Notes: generated from the sequence alone by a model not told the origin. 32,000 bases of DNA from a cyanobacterium endosymbiont of Braarudosphaera bigelowii (GCF_020885515.1 NZ_AP024987.1:485278-517277), one strand, 5' to 3'. Positions 8,895 to 19,519 are shown, counted from the first letter of the stretch. Numbers and translations: made by a program.

Positions 8895-9905
8895 TTGGTT
8901 CATGATACCTTCTATTTTATGGATAAGAACAACCTTTTACGCTTTATTCCTCCCTGTTTCAGTCTAGTAGTATTTGCCTTGTCTATATGGACTATACAGA
9001 ATAATTTTCAACATTACCAAGCCGCAAATGTCTGGGATAGTCTATCTAAGATTCCTTCATCCTCTATTTTTTGGGCAATTGTTTGCATGAGTGTTAATTA
9101 TCTTGTGATGACAGGGTATGAATGCCTTGCCCTCTCTTATGTCCGTCGGACATTACCATATCGAAAAAAAATCTTGGTTGGCATTATTTGTTCCGGAATT
9201 AGTAATAGTATAGGATTTGCTGTTCTAAGTAGTTGTATGATCCGTTATAGATTTTACTCTACTTGGGGATTTTCCATGATTACAATTGCACAAATTTCAG
9301 CCTTTTGTAATCTATCATTTTGTTTAGGATTATTTAGTATTGGTAGTATTCTCTTTCTAAAAGAATCTTTGGCAATTCCTCGTTTGTTGGACATTCCTTT
9401 TCTCTCAGTTCGTCCTTTGGGAATAATTTTTTTAATTATAATTCTCGTTTATTTATTTTTTACGGTAGTTCGTCAAAAGCCTTTATTTATAGGGAAATGG
9501 GTTATTCCTCATCTTTCTCCTCAACTAGCAATTGGTCAACTCGTTATCTCTAGTCTAGATTGGGCTCTTGCTGCAATGGTTTTTTATATTCTTTTACAAA
9601 CTTCGATATCTTTATCTTATCCTGCTTTTTTTGGAATCTATATCCTGGCTCAAGTAGCAGGATTAGCTAGTAATGTTCCAGGAGGACTAGGTGTTTTTGA
9701 AACAGTAATGATCTTGTTACTTGCTCCATTTATTAAATCGGAGGAATTATTAGGTACTTTATTGATTTATCGTGGAATTTATTATTTTATTCCTTTAGGA
9801 ATAGCTATTTTACTTCTAGGTAAATATGAATTGAGCAACTTTTTTAATAACAAAAATACTAACATCTCTACTTCTGTTATTAATAAAATAAAAAGTAAGC
9901 TATAA
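8895..9905 (+). CDS. Polytopic membrane protein, UPF0104 / lysylphosphatidylglycerol-synthase-TM-like (flippase-like) family
   Basis: About 8 predicted hydrophobic segments, with a NVPGGLGVFE motif typical of the family. The start is uncertain: TTG at 8895 or ATG at 8919. Confidence 0.55.
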   Translation: MVHDTFYFMDKNNLLRFIPPCFSLVVFALSIWTIQNNFQHYQAANVWDSLSKIPSSSIFWAIVCMSVNYLVMTGYECLALSYVRRTLPYRKKILVGIICSGISNSIGFAVLSSCMIRYRFYSTWGFSMITIAQISAFCNLSFCLGLFSIGSILFLKESLAIPRLLDIPFLSVRPLGIIFLIIILVYLFFTVVRQKPLFIGKWVIPHLSPQLAIGQLVISSLDWALAAMVFYILLQTSISLSYPAFFGIYILAQVAGLASNVPGGLGVFETVMILLLAPFIKSEELLGTLLIYRGIYYFIPLGIAILLLGKYELSNFFNNKNTNISTSVINKIKSKL

Positions 9906-10106
9906 GCTTCTTCATTTTTTTTAAACAGTTCGAATTATTTATATATTTGAAAAGAAAATATTCATAGCCATAAATAAAGTTATTAAAATCTACGTACTAT
10001 ATATGACGTATTGCACCTAAATTTTCGACCTATATTTCTATTAAAAAAAGTATTATTCACATTTTATTTCTTAAATAATTCAATTAGTATATTGATTAAT
10101 AAAATA

Positions 10107-11447
10107 CTACTTTAATCTTAGACTATATATCATCATATTTTCATTAGCCTCGTTTAAAATATTTTCTATTATTTCACTTGAACCTAAAATTCTCCAGCTA
10201 CAGCTTTTAGCTAAATAACTCTGGACAGCCTTGCTTATCCTATAAGTGCTATGAGCGGCAATTCCACCTTGGAGAATAGCGCTAGTTCCATAAATCTCTA
10301 TAGCTGTTGGTTTATCTAGTACATTGGTAATCATCATTATTGTTTTACTAATACTCAATACTAAACCAGTAAAAACTTCACTAAGAAGTAATTTACCGGA
10401 ACTAAAAAAGATCTGAAACCATAATTTGTCTATGTTGTGATTAGTAATTGGTAACGCATACAAATAAAATAGTTTTCTAATTAATGCTAAGTCAATTAAT
10501 AATCCTATGCAAATATCTAAAACAGCAATAGGATTAAAAGTAACTATTAAAGATTTGTACTTCACATATTTCTTAATAATATATTCAGCATCTTTTTCAA
10601 GTATTTGAATAATTTTAAGAGCAATATTTTCTTCAGCTTGCTTTACTTGTAGTAAAACATTTAGACACAGAAGATAACGTCCTTCATTATTTACAACACC
10701 TAATATTTTATGTCTCAAACTTTTTATCTGAGGAGTTTGAATTTCTACCTCTTTTTTAACTTTTCCATCAACATTTCTAATCTTTATAGGTATAGTTTTA
10801 GGAGAGGCAGCTACTAAAACTATGTCTTGAATATTAATTAATAGTTTTTCTTCATTCTTAAAATCTTTACTAAATTCTTGTAATTGTTTATAAATATTAA
10901 GACAAGTTTTTTCTGGATATAAATCAATTTTATTAAACACTAAGATAATAGGTTTTAATAATTTTTTTAAGTATATCAAGGCTTTGTATTCAGTTTCAAC
11001 AATATCTTCAGAAATTACAAATAATATTAGATCCGATTCTTCTGTAACTTCTCGAAACATTGTTGAATTTTGAATTTCATTTATTTCATCTAGCCCCGGA
11101 GTATCAATAAACTCTAGCATGACTTTTGTGTCATCAGGCATCCAACGAAAAGATTTTGGCCACTTTGTAGTTCCATTAACTGGTTCACTATTAAAAACAT
11201 ATTGACCAACTAATGCATTGGCAATGGCAGACTTACCCCGACTAGCTAATCCAAAAGTAGCAATTTTAACAACATTGTTATTAACTTTTTCTAGTGCTAT
11301 TTTAATTACTTGTAATTCCTTTTTAATAGCTGCTTGCAGTGCTATATTTTTAGGATAATTCGATAAACTGTTAGTATACCGAGATAAAGAGTCCTGAAGA
11401 CTAGTATAGGTTTGTTGTATATAAAAATCTTGCTGATCCAAAACCAA
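10107..11447 (-). CDS. Membrane-associated GTP-binding protein (G domain plus DUF697-like C-terminal hydrophobic region)
   Basis: G1 GLASRGKS, G3 DTPG and G4 NKID are present, followed by a hydrophobic C-terminal third. No ATG occurs before the P-loop. The TTG start directly abuts the lpxB stop codon. Confidence 0.7.
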   Translation of the reverse strand: MVLDQQDFYIQQTYTSLQDSLSRYTNSLSNYPKNIALQAAIKKELQVIKIALEKVNNNVVKIATFGLASRGKSAIANALVGQYVFNSEPVNGTTKWPKSFRWMPDDTKVMLEFIDTPGLDEINEIQNSTMFREVTEESDLILFVISEDIVETEYKALIYLKKLLKPIILVFNKIDLYPEKTCLNIYKQLQEFSKDFKNEEKLLINIQDIVLVAASPKTIPIKIRNVDGKVKKEVEIQTPQIKSLRHKILGVVNNEGRYLLCLNVLLQVKQAEENIALKIIQILEKDAEYIIKKYVKYKSLIVTFNPIAVLDICIGLLIDLALIRKLFYLYALPITNHNIDKLWFQIFFSSGKLLLSEVFTGLVLSISKTIMMITNVLDKPTAIEIYGTSAILQGGIAAHSTYRISKAVQSYLAKSCSWRILGSSEIIENILNEANENMMIYSLRLK

Positions 11448-12614
11448 TTACTTTAAGGTGTTCTTATAATGTAAAATCTCGTTAGCTACACGATCACAAA
11501 CTCCTGTTTCTCCTAGAAGAGATCGCATTTCTTTATAGTTTGATAATGTTTTTTGGCGATATTCACTATTTAATAATAACTCTAAAGATTTTTTAACAAT
11601 ACATTCTACAGTAGCGTCTTCTTGTAGTAATTCAGGTACTATTTCTTTCATCATGATTAAATTTGGAGGTGACATGAAAGGGATAGAGAATTTAAGAATA
11701 TTTCTAGCAATCCACATAGTTAGAGGGTTAACTAAACATAATACTAGCTGAGGGACATTTAAAAGAGCTAACTCTAAATTGACAGTCCCTGATTTTGCAA
11801 TGGCAAAATCAGCGGCAGCCATAGCTTCCATAGCAGAACCATCTAATAATGTAATTGATAAATCATATTTTTTAACTATTTTTTCGATAGTATCATAATA
11901 CTCCTTCAAAGAAACAGGTAATAAAAAGTGGAGATCTGGAACTTTTTCCTGTAATTGCTTAGCAGCTTTACAAATTAAAGGTAAGTGATATTTTAGTTCT
12001 TGATATCTAGAAGCTGGAAATAGGGCAATAACAGGTTTACCGACTTCTAATCCCAATGACTGACGTGCTAATTCCTTTGTTGGAGCTTTTTCTATTCTAT
12101 CCAGTAAGGGATGACCTACCCATTTAACATTAATATTTTTTTGTTCAAAAAACCTAGCTTCTTCTGGAAAAATTGCTAATAGGAGATCAGTTATTTCAGC
12201 AAATTGTTCAATCGTTTTATTATTAGGAGACCAGACCCAAGACTGGGGTGCAATGTAATAAATAATCGGTACTTGAGGCAGATTTTTTCGGACATACTTA
12301 CCAAGGGAAACATTAGGTCCCATATAATCCAGTAAAACCAAAATATCTGGAGGATTATCTTTTAAATAAGCTTTTACTCTATTTTGCATCCGCCAAGTAG
12401 GTATGATAAAAGGCAGTGCTTCTACAATACCAATAGAACCGATAGCTGCTGTATTACCAAGCAAATTAGCACCGGCAGAAAGCATAGCATCACCTCCTAA
12501 TGCCATAATTTCTATGGAGATGTCTTGAGATTTTGCTTGGCGATAAAGAGCTTCAACTAACATTGAACCCTGTAAATCACCAGAAACTTCACCTGTACTA
12601 ACAAAAATTTTCAT
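11448..12614 (-). CDS. lpxB: Lipid-A-disaccharide synthase LpxB
   Basis: MKIFVSTGEVSGDLQG N-terminus and a 388-aa GT19-type sequence. It lies directly downstream of lpxA. Confidence 0.93.
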   Translation of the reverse strand: MKIFVSTGEVSGDLQGSMLVEALYRQAKSQDISIEIMALGGDAMLSAGANLLGNTAAIGSIGIVEALPFIIPTWRMQNRVKAYLKDNPPDILVLLDYMGPNVSLGKYVRKNLPQVPIIYYIAPQSWVWSPNNKTIEQFAEITDLLLAIFPEEARFFEQKNINVKWVGHPLLDRIEKAPTKELARQSLGLEVGKPVIALFPASRYQELKYHLPLICKAAKQLQEKVPDLHFLLPVSLKEYYDTIEKIVKKYDLSITLLDGSAMEAMAAADFAIAKSGTVNLELALLNVPQLVLCLVNPLTMWIARNILKFSIPFMSPPNLIMMKEIVPELLQEDATVECIVKKSLELLLNSEYRQKTLSNYKEMRSLLGETGVCDRVANEILHYKNTLK

Positions 12615-12638
12615 TAATTACTTTAATCTCTAATTATT

Positions 12639-13436
12639 TTAATGTTTACCTGGAATTAATCCACGTCTTTTTTCTCCTGTAATTGATAATTGCAGAAATT
12701 GATGTAGATATCTAGTATATTCATTACTATTAAAAGTTTGTAGTTGCTTTAATACTTGCTGTAAAGTCAAGCCAGAATGGTATAACAAACGAAATGCTTG
12801 TTTAAGATGACGAATATCTTCGACAGTAAGTCCAGCACGTTTTAATCCGATTAGATTAAGGGATCTTACTCTAGAAGGGTTTCCTTCAATCATCATGAAT
12901 GGAGGTGCATCACGATCAATTCTACTCATACCTCCTAACATAGCATTACGACCAACTCTTACAAATTGATGTACTCCTAAAGCTCCGCCAACAACAGCTC
13001 TAGACTCAATATGGACATGTCCCGCAAGAGACACAGAATTAGCAATAATTATATTATCTTCTAGTAAACAATTGTGAGCAACATGCACATAAGCCATCAG
13101 TAAATTATTGTTACCAATTTTAGTAACTTCATTAGCATAAGTTGCACGATTGATTGTTACGAACTCTCGAATTGTATTTCCGTTACCAATTTCGACACGG
13201 CTAGAACAATTTTTATATTTTAAATCTTGCGGAGCCGCCCCGATAACTGCACTAGGAAATATACGGTTATTCATTCCAATTTCTGTTGGACCTTCAATAA
13301 CTGCATGAGAGCCAATAATCGTTTGTGCACCTACTTTAACCTGATCGCCAATGACAGCATAAGGTCCTACCTCAGTAGTAGGGTGTAGTTGTGCATTCTT
13401 ATGAATGATAGCTGTAGGATGAATTAGCGTATTCAA
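12639..13436 (-). CDS. lpxA: Acyl-ACP:UDP-GlcNAc O-acyltransferase LpxA
   Basis: IHPTAIIH N-terminus, hexapeptide repeats throughout, and a helical C-terminal domain. The length is 265 aa. Confidence 0.93.
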   Translation of the reverse strand: MNTLIHPTAIIHKNAQLHPTTEVGPYAVIGDQVKVGAQTIIGSHAVIEGPTEIGMNNRIFPSAVIGAAPQDLKYKNCSSRVEIGNGNTIREFVTINRATYANEVTKIGNNNLLMAYVHVAHNCLLEDNIIIANSVSLAGHVHIESRAVVGGALGVHQFVRVGRNAMLGGMSRIDRDAPPFMMIEGNPSRVRSLNLIGLKRAGLTVEDIRHLKQAFRLLYHSGLTLQQVLKQLQTFNSNEYTRYLHQFLQLSITGEKRRGLIPGKH

Positions 13437-13643
13437 CAGGTTATCTCCCTTTAGATAGATTCATTATTGAATTTAGTTATAAAGTACACAATAAAAGTTT
13501 TCAAGGGAACAGGAAAAGAAGAATTGAGGACATTATTAATGTGACGCAAAATCTTGATTTTGGATTCTAAATTAATAAGTTTTCTAGCTATAAATCAATG
13601 GAAAATACAATTATTAATCAATAAAAATTTTTAAAGATAATTT

Positions 13644-15014
13644 ATGAAATTTATTTGGAGTTTGATTACTTTTTCTTCTTTTTCTCCTGAAATGTGGTTA
13701 AAGACCAGCTATTGTTATCGTATTGTTGGTTTATTAAGTAATTGGCAACAGTTTAGTTTTTTACTGCAATGGGCGAAAACTATTGGTGCCTTGCTAATTA
13801 GTCTTCTATTGATTTTTAGTCCTTTTGTTACGACAGGAGTCATCGGTGTATGGCTTATTTCAATTGCCATATATTGGACTATATTAATTATTTCTAATAA
13901 TGAAAAGCTAGTTTTTAGCCCAATATATTTATTAGTTTTTTTATATTGGGCTATTTCGGCGATAGCAGTTATTTTTTCTCCTGTCAGAAGTGTAGCTTTC
14001 TCAGGATTTATAAAACTAACATTATATTTAATTTTTTTTGCCTGTACATCTCGTGTTCTATCCTCATCTCAATTAAGCAATTGGTTAATCACATCTATTT
14101 TGGGATCTGGATTACTAGTGGGCACTTATGGAGTAAGACAAAGACTTCTTGAAGTAGAACAATTAGCAACATGGAATGACCCAGCTGCTAATTTTTCTAA
14201 TTCAATTAGAGTTTATAGCTACTTAGGCAATCCTAATTTATTATCTGCATATATTTTGCCTTCAATTGCTTTAAGTATGGCTGCATTTTTTGTTTGGCAA
14301 AGAATATTACCTAAGTTATTAGCATTAACTATCTTTACAATTAACATTTCTTGCCTTTATTTTACAGGTAGTCGTAGTGGCTGGATAGCATTAATAATTT
14401 TAATAATGATGTTTTCATTATTACTTTTTACATGGTTTAAAGATGAACTTCCCTCATTTTGGCGTCAGTGGCTTTTACCTTTAACATTTGGAACATTCAT
14501 AAGTTTGATTTTTATTCTTATCGTCTCTAATGACATTTTACAATCAAGGATTATGAGTATTTTTATTGGAAGAGCAGATAGTAGTAATAATTTTCGTATT
14601 AATGTATGGACATCAGTAGTAAATATAATAAAAGATTATCCTTTTCTAGGTATTGGTCCAGGAAATGATGCATTTAGTAAAATATATCCACTCTATATGA
14701 GCCCTAAGTATAGTGCTTTAAGTGCATACTCTATTTTTCTAGAAACAGCAGTAGAAACAGGATTAATTGGACTAAGTATTTTTGTTTGGCTTATTTTTAC
14801 AATACTTAATCAGGGAATCCAGAAAATTAGAAGATTTAAAAATAATAACAACTCTTACGGAATATGGTTAATTGGTGCAATAGCCGCAATAGTTAGTTTA
14901 TTAATACAAGGACTATTTGATACTGTGTGGTACCGTCCACAAGTAAATACTCTATGGTGGTTTTTAGTGGCTTTGATTGCTAGTCAGTATAGATTATGTA
15001 AAAAAGAGAATTGA
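13644..15014 (+). CDS. O-antigen ligase (Wzy_C) family membrane protein, IctB-like
   Basis: 456 aa, with more than 10 hydrophobic segments. The N-terminal W..S....G.LS.W pattern and the central FTGSRSGW resemble cyanobacterial IctB/O-antigen-ligase-like proteins. Confidence 0.6.
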   Translation: MKFIWSLITFSSFSPEMWLKTSYCYRIVGLLSNWQQFSFLLQWAKTIGALLISLLLIFSPFVTTGVIGVWLISIAIYWTILIISNNEKLVFSPIYLLVFLYWAISAIAVIFSPVRSVAFSGFIKLTLYLIFFACTSRVLSSSQLSNWLITSILGSGLLVGTYGVRQRLLEVEQLATWNDPAANFSNSIRVYSYLGNPNLLSAYILPSIALSMAAFFVWQRILPKLLALTIFTINISCLYFTGSRSGWIALIILIMMFSLLLFTWFKDELPSFWRQWLLPLTFGTFISLIFILIVSNDILQSRIMSIFIGRADSSNNFRINVWTSVVNIIKDYPFLGIGPGNDAFSKIYPLYMSPKYSALSAYSIFLETAVETGLIGLSIFVWLIFTILNQGIQKIRRFKNNNNSYGIWLIGAIAAIVSLLIQGLFDTVWYRPQVNTLWWFLVALIASQYRLCKKEN

Positions 15015-15064
15015 TATAGATAGTTGATAAAATTTAATGGAAATGGTTCTAATCTTTTCATAAA

Positions 15065-15727
15065 TTAATTTTTCACATATATCTTTTTCTGAAGTTCTAC
15101 ATCAACTTGCTCTAATCTTCCTTCATTAATTTTCCAACATTTGTCAGCTATTAGTAATAACTCAGAGGGATCATGAGAAACAATTACCAATGTCCAATGT
15201 CGTTTTAATTTAAATACTAAATTAATTAATTGTTTATGCATTGACCAATCTAAACCTGCTGTTGGTTCGTCTAGTAATAATAAATTAGGTTGACGAATCA
15301 GCTGAACTGCCAGAGCTAATCTTCTTTGCTGTCCACCACTAATATTATGTGGAGAGGTGCTTAGTATAATGTTTTGTAGCCCGACTTCTTCTAGGGCAGT
15401 TTCAATTTCTTCTCTAGTAATTTCCAAATGACCTAGTCTTAGTTCTTCCAGAATATTGCCACCGCAAAAATGCCGTTCAGGAAATTGAAAAACCAATCCT
15501 GATATTTGTTGTAACTCCGAAGAAGTAATTTCCTTACCACTCCACAAGATTTTTCCTTGAGTCTGCTCTGTTAGTCCTGCAAGAATCTCTAATAATGTAG
15601 TTTTCCCAGAGCCACTAGGGCCAATAATAATTCCTAATTGCTGAAATCCCAGTTCTAGCGTAATAGACTTTAAAATGGGTTGAGGAGAAGCAGGAGGATG
15701 ATATACGATATCTTTGAGGTTAAGCAT
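15065..15727 (-). CDS. ABC transporter ATP-binding protein (CbiO/EcfA-like), no adjacent permease gene
   Basis: Walker A GPSGSGKTT, signature ISGGQQRRLALA, Walker B LLLLDEPTAGLD and the H-loop SHD. Confidence 0.85.
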   Translation of the reverse strand: MLNLKDIVYHPPASPQPILKSITLELGFQQLGIIIGPSGSGKTTLLEILAGLTEQTQGKILWSGKEITSSELQQISGLVFQFPERHFCGGNILEELRLGHLEITREEIETALEEVGLQNIILSTSPHNISGGQQRRLALAVQLIRQPNLLLLDEPTAGLDWSMHKQLINLVFKLKRHWTLVIVSHDPSELLLIADKCWKINEGRLEQVDVELQKKIYVKN

Positions 15728-15873
15728 TAGTATACATTCTAATAACAGTCAATTATAAGAGTAATAGCTTAGAGCATTCTATGTAATTTCAAATTCATAG
15801 AAAAACAAAACTAGTTTTCAGTATTCTCAACTAATGTTAGTATAATTACTTTAAGTTAATTAAATTAAATTTC

Positions 15874-16119
15874 ATGTCTAAAGAAAGCTTTTTTCAAAGT
15901 CCAGCTATTAGTCAAGAAGCCCGATATGAGCCAGCTACCGTTATTCCTATCAAACGAGATTCTTCTATTATTAATTGGTTAGAGGCAACAAACCGTTTAA
16001 TTTATCGTGAACAAGAAGAGATTAAAACGACTCCGGAGGAAGACGCAGAAATTTCTGACTTAATAGATGTCGATGAAAGTTATGATGATGAAGATTTAAG
16101 TTTAAACAGCAATGATTAG
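15874..16119 (+). CDS. Small acidic conserved hypothetical protein (cyanobacterial DUF3134-like)
   Basis: 81 aa. The ..EARYEPATVIP...IINWLE..NRL pattern followed by a D/E-rich tail matches my recollection of DUF3134. No profile search was possible. Confidence 0.45.
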   Translation: MSKESFFQSPAISQEARYEPATVIPIKRDSSIINWLEATNRLIYREQEEIKTTPEEDAEISDLIDVDESYDDEDLSLNSND

Positions 16120-16216
16120 TATATAAAAGCTAAATTACCAAAATGGAGGGGAAAATGTTTGTTTTTCCTCGCTTATCATAATCCATTTTTAAGTTTAAAA
16201 AATTAAATCTTTAGTT

Positions 16217-17326
16217 GTGAATAAAGTATTTTCCTTTTCAGTGTTCATAAAAAAAATATCAGAAAATAATTTATTGATCTTACTTGTTTTGATAAATATT
16301 CTTTTAATTGGAGGTTTTATCGAATTAGGTGATCAAAGTATAAATTTTCATCATATTTTGACATTACCATTAGGAATTTCCGTTCTTATAAGTAGTTCTT
16401 TAGGTTATATTTCAATTCCATTACTAAAAAAATTGAAAATAGAACAAGTTATACAAGAAGATGGTATACAAAAACATTTTAGTAAAGCAGGCACTCCAAC
16501 AATGGGTGGAATATTCTTTATTCCAGTCGCTATTTTAATCGCTTTAGTTTGGTCTCATTTCTCTCTTGTATCTATTACAATATCTCTCGTAACTTTATCC
16601 TATATGGTTATTGGATGGGTTGATGATTGGTGCATTTTAAGAAAAAAATCAAATCTAGGACTTTCCCCTCGTACAAAATTATTTTTACAAATTATAGTTG
16701 CTATTATTTTTTGTGTATGGATAAAATGGAATCGTATAATAGTAATGAATGAAATTATATTACCTGGTAATATAATTTTAGAGACAGAAGTATTATTTTG
16801 GCTTTTATCTATTTTTGTATTAGTTTCAGAAAGTAATGCAGTTAACCTTACAGATGGAATTGATGGCTTGGCCGGAGGAACAGGAGCATTAACTTTTTTA
16901 GGACTAGCAATCATAGTTGCAACTACTTCGTCTGAGCTAAGTATTTTTTGCGCTTCTGTTTCTGGAAGTTGCTTGGGATTTATCCTTCATAATAATAATC
17001 CCGCAAAAGTCTTTATGGGAGATACTGGGTCTCTAGCCTTGGGAGGAGCTCTTGCCGGAGTAGGAATTTTAAGTGGTCACTTTTGGGAACTTTTTATTCT
17101 TAGCGGAATTTTTTTTATAGAGTCTTTGTCTGTAATTGCTCAAGTTACCTACTATAAAATGACTAAAAACAGTGAAGGGAAAGGAAAACGATTTTTAATG
17201 ATGGCACCTTTGCACCATCATTTAGAGTTGGTGGGATGGTCCGAAAATAAGATTGTTAAAATATCTTATTTAATTAATACAGGTTTAATTTTCTTAGTTG
17301 CAATATTATATAGATACTTTTCATAA
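16217..17326 (+). CDS. mraY: Phospho-N-acetylmuramoyl-pentapeptide transferase MraY
   Basis: KAGTPTMGG, NAVNLTDGIDGLA, MGDTGSLALGG and APLHHH motifs. A GTG start is used because no upstream in-frame ATG exists. Confidence 0.93.
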   Translation: MNKVFSFSVFIKKISENNLLILLVLINILLIGGFIELGDQSINFHHILTLPLGISVLISSSLGYISIPLLKKLKIEQVIQEDGIQKHFSKAGTPTMGGIFFIPVAILIALVWSHFSLVSITISLVTLSYMVIGWVDDWCILRKKSNLGLSPRTKLFLQIIVAIIFCVWIKWNRIIVMNEIILPGNIILETEVLFWLLSIFVLVSESNAVNLTDGIDGLAGGTGALTFLGLAIIVATTSSELSIFCASVSGSCLGFILHNNNPAKVFMGDTGSLALGGALAGVGILSGHFWELFILSGIFFIESLSVIAQVTYYKMTKNSEGKGKRFLMMAPLHHHLELVGWSENKIVKISYLINTGLIFLVAILYRYFS

Positions 17327-17360
17327 GTTCTCTATAATATTGCAATAGAATTAATTTCTT

Positions 17361-18155
17361 TTATAAATGTTGTGAACATATTAATTCAACTTGGCTTAAA
17401 GAATGATTTTGACTACCACGGTCACAACGCAACCACAACAAATACTCAGTATTGCCTGCAGGACCTTTGATAGGAGAATGAGTTAATCCACAATATAGCC
17501 ATCCTAAATGATAAGAAATCTGTAATACTCTAGAAATTACTTCACAGTGATCTTTAAAATTACGGACAACTCCATTTTTTCCTATCTTAGATCGGCCAAC
17601 TTCAAATTGCGGTTTAATGAGTAATATAACCTCTTTTGGGCTAACTAAAAGCTCTGACAAAGGTTCTAAGATCTTAGCTAATGAAATGAAAGAGACATCC
17701 ACAACTCCCAAGCTGGCTCGGATATTTCTGTCGTATAAAATTTCAGGTTTAAGATAACGAAAATTTGTTCTTTCCTTTAAAAATATTCTTTCGTCCTGTC
17801 TTAACGACCAAGCAACTTGTCCATATCCTACATCTACTCCGTATATTAGACGAGCTCCTGACTGTAATAAGCAATCACTAAAGCCTCCTGTTGAAATACC
17901 TCCGTCAAGACAAACCCTATCTACTACAGAAATTTGAAAAGTCTTAAGAGCTTTTTCAAGTTTTTTTCCCCCACGTGAAACATATGGAGATTTGATTTTA
18001 ATTTCAACTTTAGCTTTTATATCAATTTCTGTTCCAGGTTTATCAATAATTCTTTGATTAATCTTAACTTCTCCAGCACGAATACATCTTTGTGCTTGCT
18101 GACGAGAAGTATATAATTTTTTTTCTACTAAAAGGATATCAAGTCGTTTTTTCAA
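17361..18155 (-). CDS. tlyA: TlyA-family rRNA (cytidine-2'-O)-methyltransferase
   Basis: An N-terminal S4 domain (RLDILLVEKKLYTSRQQAQRCIRAGEV) precedes an FtsJ-type methyltransferase core (CLDGGISTGGFSD). The start is TTG, and no in-frame ATG occurs before the upstream stop. Confidence 0.88.
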   Translation of the reverse strand: MKKRLDILLVEKKLYTSRQQAQRCIRAGEVKINQRIIDKPGTEIDIKAKVEIKIKSPYVSRGGKKLEKALKTFQISVVDRVCLDGGISTGGFSDCLLQSGARLIYGVDVGYGQVAWSLRQDERIFLKERTNFRYLKPEILYDRNIRASLGVVDVSFISLAKILEPLSELLVSPKEVILLIKPQFEVGRSKIGKNGVVRNFKDHCEVISRVLQISYHLGWLYCGLTHSPIKGPAGNTEYLLWLRCDRGSQNHSLSQVELICSQHL

Positions 18156-18340
18156 GATATGTAATTGTAAAAAGTATATGTTATCTGGACAAGTATTAAT
18201 TTTAAGGCTTGCAATCTATTTTGCATAATTTATGTGGAAATTAACACATTAGTGATTAAAACATTTGTTATATGATATAAATCAAAGAAAAAGTTAATCA
18301 GAAATATAATTTACGTTTAATCAATTCAATTAATTTAAAT

Positions 18341-19519
18341 ATGAAATTTGTCTGTAGCCAAAGTGATTTCAGCAATAATCTATCCTTAGTTAGTCGAGCA
18401 GTGCCCACTCGACCTACTCATCCCATCCTAGCAAACGTTTTAATGATTGCAGATGCCACGAAACAGAAAATCAGCCTAATGGCATTTGACTTAAGCCTAG
18501 GAATAGAAACTAGTTTTGATGCCAATATCAGCGAAGAAGGTCAAACAACTTTACCAGCAAAGCTTCTTAATGATATTGTATCCCGATTACCTGAAGGGGA
18601 AATAAGCCTTACAAGTGAAAAAATAAAGGATGATCAGACAGGATTACTATATCTTAAGTCAGCATCAGGTAAGTTTCAGATAAAAACAATAAGTGCAGAT
18701 GAATTTCCTCCTTTACCAACGATTGAAAATGATGAATTTATTGAATTACCTATTCTTACAATAACAGAAGGATTAAGAGGTGTACTGTTTGCATCAAGTA
18801 GTGACGAACTTAAACAAGTATTAACTGGGGTTCATTTAAAAGGAACTGCTGATAACTTAGAATTCGCTGCAACAGATGGCCATAGATTATCAGTGGTAGA
18901 AGCTATAATATCTTCAAAGACAAGTAGACATGAAGAAGATAGAATTGTTAAAGTCAAAAATTTAGATGAGTTCTCAGTTACGATTCCTGCGAGAGCTTTA
19001 AGAGAATTAGAAAGAATTATTCATAATAATAGTGATTCTAAGGTTGTTCAATTACAAATAGATGATGTTCAAGTTATATTTTATCTAGGGAAACAAAAAT
19101 TAACTATTCGTAAATTAGATGGAGATTATCCAAAATACCATATGTTAATACCACAACAGTTTGAGCACATCATAAGCCTAGACAGAAAAACTTTTTTAAA
19201 TAGCCTTGAACGAGTAGCTGTATTAACAAGTCAAAAGAATAACTTAGTAAAATGTATTTTTAATCATAAAAAACAAATGATTCTTTTGTCTGTAGAAACT
19301 CAAGATTTAGGAAGTGCTGAAGAATCAATAGAAGCAAAAATAACAGGAAAAAGTGGTGATATAGCTTTTAATATTAAATATTTAATAGATGGCCTAAAAG
19401 CTCTATCTACTAAAGAAATTAAAATGCAACTTAATGAAGGAAATAAACCAGTTATTTTTAATCCTTTAGGTGGTTTAAAGATGACATACTTAGTAATGCC
19501 AGTTCAAATAGTCAAATGA
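18341..19519 (+). CDS. dnaN: DNA polymerase III beta sliding clamp DnaN
   Basis: MKFVCSQSDFSNNLSLVSRAV..PILANVL N-terminus, ATDGHRL, and a C-terminal YLVMPV motif. The length is 392 aa. Confidence 0.93.
   Translation: MKFVCSQSDFSNNLSLVSRAVPTRPTHPILANVLMIADATKQKISLMAFDLSLGIETSFDANISEEGQTTLPAKLLNDIVSRLPEGEISLTSEKIKDDQTGLLYLKSASGKFQIKTISADEFPPLPTIENDEFIELPILTITEGLRGVLFASSSDELKQVLTGVHLKGTADNLEFAATDGHRLSVVEAIISSKTSRHEEDRIVKVKNLDEFSVTIPARALRELERIIHNNSDSKVVQLQIDDVQVIFYLGKQKLTIRKLDGDYPKYHMLIPQQFEHIISLDRKTFLNSLERVAVLTSQKNNLVKCIFNHKKQMILLSVETQDLGSAEESIEAKITGKSGDIAFNIKYLIDGLKALSTKEIKMQLNEGNKPVIFNPLGGLKMTYLVMPVQIVK

Noticed and set aside
18156-18340. A possible oriC upstream of dnaN. One DnaA-box-like 9-mer is present (TGTGGAAAT at 18233-18241, which reads ATTTCCACA on the other strand).
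   Set aside because: There is only a single 8/9 match. Cyanobacterial origins carry clusters of boxes. One near-match in AT-rich DNA is not evidence.
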